A DNA stretch of 64,000 nt from Flaccisagitta enflata (taxonomy: Eukaryota), in assembly GCA_965153355.1 (NCBI GenBank), contig OZ231126.1, forward strand, positions 17,670,001 through 17,734,000. The letters run 5' to 3'. Below the pieces are notes generated by a model, which had not been told where the DNA came from, did not search any database, and worked only from the letters and a program-made list of their open reading frames with translations. Both the position numbers and the translations under genes were made by a program. Positions 57,172 through 64,000 of the stretch are shown piece after piece. Position 1 is the stretch's first letter. Every line of letters starts with the position of its first letter.

Positions 57172-57810
57172 CTCTCTTCCGTCGCTAATCAACTTGTTGC
57201 CGTTACAGCCACCCTTGACGTTTACATTGTCACGGCTCACGCAATCAGCGCCACTTCCGATCGTGATAATTGATTTTCCCGCTTTTTCCAGCGATGACGA
57301 CGTCGATGACTCCGCGTGGAAAAACGACGACGAAGATGCAGAAGAAGATTCAAAAATCAAATTGTGAATGGAACCGCAGTGAAATCCTCGACGTTTCTCC
57401 TTCACACTCAACGTCGTCGATGTCGTCGTCGTTATCGTCGTCGTCGCCGCCGCCGGAGGAGAATATGACAACGATGACGTTAACGATGATGAAGATGACA
57501 CTGGTGAGGTTGGAGACAGAGGAGGCGAGGGAGAAGGAGTAGGTGGTAGAACGTGGAGACGACTACCGGCGGGATAAGGAGGAGGTTGAGGATGAGGAGC
57601 GACGGGAGGTATTAATCTCGTGGCGCTATGCAAATTAGCGTTTATCGTCGGCGACGTCCCACGTGGAGAGTTGCCGCCTAAGTCACTGTTGTTATTGTTA
57701 TTACTGTTGTTAATCCCGTTATTGTTGTTAATATTCCCGGCGGTGACAGAAGGGAGTAGAATCGAGTTTCTCGGGGAGGACATGAGAATCACTCCGACGG
57801 TCGATGCCAT
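57172..57810 (-). CDS. Duplicate of the first coding exon (copy 2)
   Basis: 213 codons with the same acceptor (exon start 57868), ATG context and GTAAG donor; about 11 aa substitutions and one inserted codon versus copy 1. Confidence 0.65.
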
Positions 57811-58452
57811 TTTGTTTTACGGTCGAATCATTTGGCGCGAATATTTCGACTTTGAGAGATGGCAGGACCTGAGAGGGAAGGAATGAGAAAAGTTTAGATG
57901 GAAGAATAAATCAATAATGGAACATCGCTTTTAAAAAAGGAAGTGCAGGGTTCGAGTTCACGGGTTAACATCGAAATTTGATTGTATTTAGTGGCCTGTA
58001 ACTTTTTAACTTTTCAACGCAGGTTTCATCTTTTTTCACATGGATACGATGAATTCACAAGATTTAAGACGTCAAAAAGGAAAAAAACAAGGCCGGATAC
58101 ACGGCAACCTAAGTCGCGCGCGGGCGGGCAGGGGCCACATTTGAGGTCACTGCACTGGACTATTTGGGCAAGAGCAATGAGGTCAAAAAATAAAAATCAT
58201 AAAAAAAGTGAAATGTGACCGACCAACCGACCGACGGACAAAGCGGGGTGTAGAGTCACGTAGCACGCGACTAAAAAACTTTTTGCAATGAAATGAAAGA
58301 AGGAAAGAAATAACGAAATAACGATAGAACGAAAGAACGAAAGAACGAAAGAACGAAAGAACAAAAGAACAAAAGAACAAAAGAACAAAAGAACAAAAGA
58401 ACAAAAGAACAAAAGCACGAAAGCACGAAAGAACGAAAGAACGAAAGAAGGA

Positions 58453-58500
<48 letters not shown>

Positions 58501-58677
58501 AAACAGGGCCGGACACACGGCTACCCCAGTCGCGGGTGGGTGGGCAACAGCCATATTTGAGGTCACTAGAGCATTTGGGCAGGAGCAGCGAGGCCAAAAG
58601 ACGAACCGACGGACGGACGACGGGTATTGAGTAGCGTAGCATGCGACGAAAGAGAAAAAAGATAGAAAGAAAGATAA

Positions 58678-58734
<57 letters not shown>

Positions 58735-59139
58735 AAAAGAAAAAAAAAGAAAAAATGAAAAAAAAGGGCGAAGAAAAAGATGAGAGAAAAAAAAAGAAAG
58801 ATAGCGAGTGGCAACGAGAGGTGTTTTTTTTTTCATGGCAGAACCGTCATAACAGCTTTTTTTTTTATAGCCACCTGTATTTTCAATAACGACCATCGCA
58901 ACCGTAAGATGAAAATGACAGCAACAGATGCACACTTTATGTCCTTGCTTTGATTCACATGTTGAAGTTGTTCTTGTATTTTCGTGTTGTTTTCATCCAG
59001 TTGTCGTTGCTGTCAATTACAGTTTAAGATCATTCTAATGAAATTCAGCAGAATATTTTGTTACGGAGAGTTTTCTTTACCATCAATGTATAGAATGAAA
59101 GAAATTTTTTGAAGGACTTATTTACTTCTTTATAGGCTA

Positions 59140-59669
59140 TCAGTCAGCGGACAAAACACAATAGGTATATGTATTACTCCGCTGGTTTTGATCCAACCCA
59201 ATGTTGTTGAACAGAATGCTGTAAACAACAACTTGTTGTTATAATTACAGTCGGCTGTTAAGTTACAAAGTTGGCAAAAATCCAACTTTCATCAATTAAA
59301 ATGAGACCTGCAAATTCATAATTCTGATGAAATTCTGAAAAGTTTGATATGTCACACTTAAGACTTTTTGTAAGAAATATTTTTTTTAACATTACGTTAT
59401 AATTAGATTAAACATTGATATAAAATTTTTATTTTCATATGAAAGTATATGTTGTGACATATCAAACTTCTCAAAATTTCATCAGGATTATAAATCTGCA
59501 GGTCTCATTTTATTTGGTGAAAGTTGGATTTTTACCAACTTTGTAACGTAACAGCCGGCTGTAATTTCAACAACCAGTCGTTGTTTACAGCATTCTGTTC
59601 AACATCAGTGGGTTGAATCAAAACCAATGGAGTGATATATATACCTATTGTGTTTTGTCCGCTGACTGA
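59140..59669. mobile_element. TA-flanked foldback MITE
   Basis: TCAGTCAGCGGACAAAACACAATAGG ends; arms of about 240 bp; empty site ggctatatttcg in copy 1. Confidence 0.92.
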
Positions 59670-59702
59670 TATATTTCGTTATAGAAGTGTTCGTTAGAAC
59701 GT

Positions 59703-59863
59703 TTTTTTAGTTGCGGACACGCAACTCTATAAGAGGCTTTGTCCGTCCGTCGGTCGGTCGGTTGGTCGGTTGGTCGGTCACGCTCGAGTTGAAAAGTGGG
59801 AAAACGCGCATTTCCGCCCCTGCCCACCCGTCCGCAACTGGTGGCCGTGTATCCGGCCTTGTT
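59703..59863 (+). mobile_element. HINE private to copy 2
   Basis: Empty site gaacgtttttcacttt in copy 1; inserted in a T-run. Confidence 0.85.
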
Positions 59864-60951
59864 ACTTTACGCTGTTGTTGTTATTTCCATCTCAATCAGG
59901 CAAAAAAGTGACTTGTTACTTTAAGCGTTGATTTTCTCGATGTTACACAATGGGCCTTTAGAGTTGATATCCGTACATTCAAAGTGAACACGGGCAATGC
60001 ACTCGGGAACTTAGTTTATACATCAACATAAAAGCTTTCCATCAACTTCAGGCAAAGAAAAAGACAAAAAAACTTAGATAAGGGAAATGTCATTGCTAAA
60101 AAAAATGGGGAAAATAAGTAACATTATTCGCAGAGGCATCCGATGGAAAGCGGTGCCTGTTGTTCTGAGTTTACTTAGGGATACCTAATGCATACTGTGG
60201 CGAGAGGAGCAGCTGCCCCAAAGAAGCTAATAACTTAAACAAGGCTGAGATTTGAGCCTCGAGGCTGGGATTTGACCCTGGAGGGAAAGGACTTGAGCTT
60301 GATATTTGCGCCTTGAAGCCATGAGGCTCTGATTTACTTCTGTAATGGCCCAAATTTAAGCTTTGAGGATGATGTTTCAGCTTCAAGGCTGGGATTTGAG
60401 CCCTCTCAAAGGAGGTGGCTGATCAAAAGAAACTCAGGTCGCCCAAGGGCAATATGTGGTCAGCGATACCCGTTACCCTGCATGGTTGTGAACTGGATTG
60501 AGAGGAAGCACGGCAGCAGTCCTGAAAGGGATGAAGTCCTGTAGAACACACGGGGACTTTTGTTTGTCCATCTGTTTGTTCGTCCGTCCGTCTGTCAATC
60601 CTCCCAGGCCCTCTCAGGCCTTGAATATGCCCTCTCAGGCCTGGAATCTGCCCTCTCAGGCCTCGAATCTGAGAGGGCAGATTTAAGCAAACAAAATCCA
60701 GTAGGGGGTGGTCTAATGTTTAAAGTCGCTTTAAGATGCGTATACGTACATTAAATACCAATTGTATCAGCAAGCTATGCGTTATTCTATTTCATTTTTT
60801 ATTCTTTTTTTACAAAATGCTTCTCAAGGCCTAAAATCGAATGAGAGAAAAAACGAAGAAAATAATTTTAGGGGAGCAGAAATCAGAGGCGATCAATATC
60901 CGTCCAAAATCCAAATCCTGGCTTACGAAGAAGAGATAGAACAGACGTTAG

Positions 60952-61018
<67 letters not shown>

Positions 61019-61780
61019 GAAAAGCAAAAGAATGAAAAATAAGGCCAAGTAACCCAATAGGATCGCCGGGTTGATCGTTAAACGTTTGCGGACAGACCAA
61101 CCAACCGACAAACGCACAGACACGACCGTGTATTGAGGTACGTAAACGCAACTAAAAAGAAAAAAGAGAGATAAAGGGTGATATGCAAAATGAACGGATA
61201 GATGAATCAAAGGAAGTAAGAAAGAAAGAAAGAAAGAAAGAAAGAAGAAAAGAAAAAAGAAAGACGGAAAGGAAAAATGCTTAAAACGGAAAAGATACCC
61301 CAACCGAAAAAAAATTCTTGGAAAATCTAATTTACAGGGAAAGTTGAAATGCCAGAAATTCCGTGGAAGAAAACAACAAGGACCTCGTTTTTTAAAACGA
61401 ACTAATAATTAAGGCGAGGAAACCGGACCTTATAAGCAAAAGGCCTTAGACTAAGATGGGAAGAGCCGGAAGAGGAGAAAAATTGTAATTAGGGGAAGGG
61501 GTGGAGAGGAGAAAGAAGATGTAAGGGGGGAAGGAGAAGAGAAAATAGAAAGATGTGATTTTTTATAAAACCCCGCGGAATGATCCGCGTGTTAAAAGGA
61601 ATGACTAAGTGCAAAGTCACTTCAAGGTCATTTGGCACGAAGAGGTTAAAAAAAGAGGTAAACGCGAGGGCAAATTGCCGATAGTCAGAGTCACGGAAAA
61701 CATGTTGGGTAATGGCTTTTGCCGGAAATGGACGAGGCGGAAACGCCGGAAACGCCGTTGAAAAAAAAGTACAGTTTGGG

Positions 61781-61848
<68 letters not shown>

Positions 61849-62620
61849 CGACAAGACGAACAGAAACAGAGACTAGGATCTCAAAAGCCAGATAGATAGA
61901 GAGAAATTAGACAAACAAAACGAAAGACAGACAGAACGACCGACAGACAGACAGAGGAATCAGAAAAACATAAAGACTAACAGAGAAGAAGGACAAGCAG
62001 GAAGAAAGAAAAACAGACAGACAAGCAGATATTCATACAGACAGATCAAAAACTGAGAAGGAGAGAGAGAGCGAGAGAGAGAGAGAGAGAGAGAAAGTGA
62101 GACAGAAAATCAATGAAAAGGCGCCGGATGAAGTCGAAACGAACAAAACGAAGAATTGTGTAATCCGAAGAAAAAGAAAAATATTCAATCACCCAAACCT
62201 CGATGAGAAAAAGCGCTAAAGGAAAAATAAGACGAACGCCTAGTTGATATTTATATTTCCGCGGAAAATGTGCATTCATTTTCCTCAGATTCTCACATTT
62301 ATACCCTTTTTGCCCAATTCCCTTCCGCTCTTCACTACACTCTTCCTTATTAACCTTCCCTCCCACTCCTTCTCTCAGATTGGCTTCGTCTCTCTTCTTT
62401 TCTCCGTCGTTCCTATTTCTGCTATCGATGACTTTTTCTTTCTTTATACCCCTCGCCAAAAAAAAGCCCTTTTGAACCCGGGCCAGGGGAGAAATATCTA
62501 GGGCTAGTTTGCGGATTCGTTTAAAAATCCTCTAGAACATTCCCGCCGAAACGAAAAACAAGTCGTTTAAAACTGAAAAGTGAGGTTTCGATTTTTGGTC
62601 GCGTGCAAGCGATTATACAC

Positions 62621-62959
62621 TAGGGTGACTGAAAGTATGGTCAAATCCGAATTTAGTGTTCCTTGCGGGAAAAATGTGTCCATTTCTACCACAGATGATG
62701 AATCTAAAATCTGGTGATGATCAGATAAAATTTACTCATGACCGCCACCCAACCCCTTTTCCCATTATAAAACATAAAGATGGAATAAGACCAGAATCCT
62801 TCCTATGCATTTTCTATGGGATATAATGGGAGTGGCGGTCATGAATAAACTTTATCTGATCATCACCAGATTTTAGGGTCATCATCTGTGATGGAAATGG
62901 TCACATTTCTCCCGTGAGGAAGATGAGATACGAATTTGACCATACTTTTGGTCACCCTA
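62621..62959. mobile_element. hAT-like MITE
   Basis: TAGGGTGAC...GTCACCCTA; 8-bp TSD TTATACAC; empty site in copy 1 near 35562. Confidence 0.92.
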
Positions 62960-63247
62960 TTATACACGCCACTTCTTTCGGCGGTTTGTCAATTGATATT
63001 TTTTGTCAAAATGATTGCGGTATGGCATTTGAAGCGATAGGAATGAGGAAAAACTTCAAAATTGGCCTTTTTGAGCATTTTAAACCTTTTCATGATGGAC
63101 AAACCAACCGAACGAACGACCGACGGAACGACCGACGGACGGACCTCTTGTAGAAGTACGAGGACGCACGTAAGAAGAAAAAAAAGAAAGAAACGAGAGC
63201 AAAACATTAAAACGAAAAGAAAATGAAAGAGAGAAATATAACTTATA

Positions 63248-63563
63248 CCGTATTTTTTCCATTTATCGCCCACCCTCCAATTAACGCCCCCCCCCTCTTT
63301 TTGCTCCTCTGAACAATGATTTGAGGGAAGATGAAGAAGCCAAATAATCATTGTTTTAATAGGGCTTGATTGGAAAACAAGCAAGAAATGTTGATTTGGC
63401 ACATTTAATCTTACATTTCTGATATTCTCTGAAGCATTTGATGTAAATAACAAAGGTTAAGAGAGTGTTTTTAAATCAAAAGGGCGCTAATTATAGGGTA
63501 AAATGATATTATTTTTTTTTTCAATTTCAAAAGCGCCCGGGGCGCTAATTAGAAAAAATACGG
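63248..63563. mobile_element. TA-flanked MITE (Tc1/mariner/pogo-like)
   Basis: CCGTATTTTTTC...GAAAAAATACGG; TA TSD; empty site in copy 1 near 35848. Confidence 0.9.
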
Positions 63564-64000
63564 TAAGCAGAACGAGGAGAATTTAAACGGTTAGAAACGT
63601 GGAAATTGATTGAAAATTACGTGTCAATTGCAAATTAACCACGTCAATGCATTGTCAGAGAAGGCGAAGAAAAAAAGACTGCTGTCATGTTTGATACGTG
63701 TTTTGCGCGGGAGATTAATTTTTCTTTTCTTGAAGAAATACACGTCAATTTAATTCCGCAGTCCGATCCGGCCAAAGAATTGTCGTTTGTCAGATCTCTC
63801 TTCTTGTTGTTTTTTTTTTAAGCAATAAAGAAACGCATTTTTGACGAGTATTTTCAAAATGTATTTCCACAATAGGCGAATTTTCACTAGAAGCGCGCTC
63901 GAAAGAGCGCGATTCAGTCTTGTTCTAAAACGATGGGTTCTGTTGTCGGTCGACGACCTAGATTCAGCCAGAGTCAGAGAGAGGCGAGCCAGTAAACGTT

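Overview
Repeat-rich eukaryotic (animal-like, probably invertebrate) genomic DNA. No rRNA, tRNA, CRISPR or prokaryotic features were seen, and most ORF-track entries are microsatellite artefacts. Main contents: (1) A minus-strand spliced gene rebuilt by hand from phase-compatible GT-AG exons (29171-28536, 24451-24228, 13279-12739, 6374-6211, 3859-3511; about 637 aa of Ser/Thr/Pro/Gln/Asn-rich, apparently disordered protein with no recognised family). (2) A direct duplication of its 5' half (15813-36893 matches 51370-64000 and runs off the window). The two copies differ by about 14 presence/absence insertions, so filled and empty sites give exact TE ends and target-site duplications (TSDs). (3) Many TEs defined this way or by TIR plus TSD: hAT-like, Tc1/mariner-like, MULE-like and Academ-like elements, an unclassified GTC...GAC family with a 4-bp TSD, more than 20 Helentron/DINE-1-like elements with co-varying subterminal repeats, and a BEL/Pao integrase relic. 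(4) A 3.4-kb TIR element with an 8-bp TSD that encloses an endonuclease-less LINE reverse transcriptase (WVDD active site), inserted beside a splice donor of the host gene. All alignments and counts were done by eye and are approximate.
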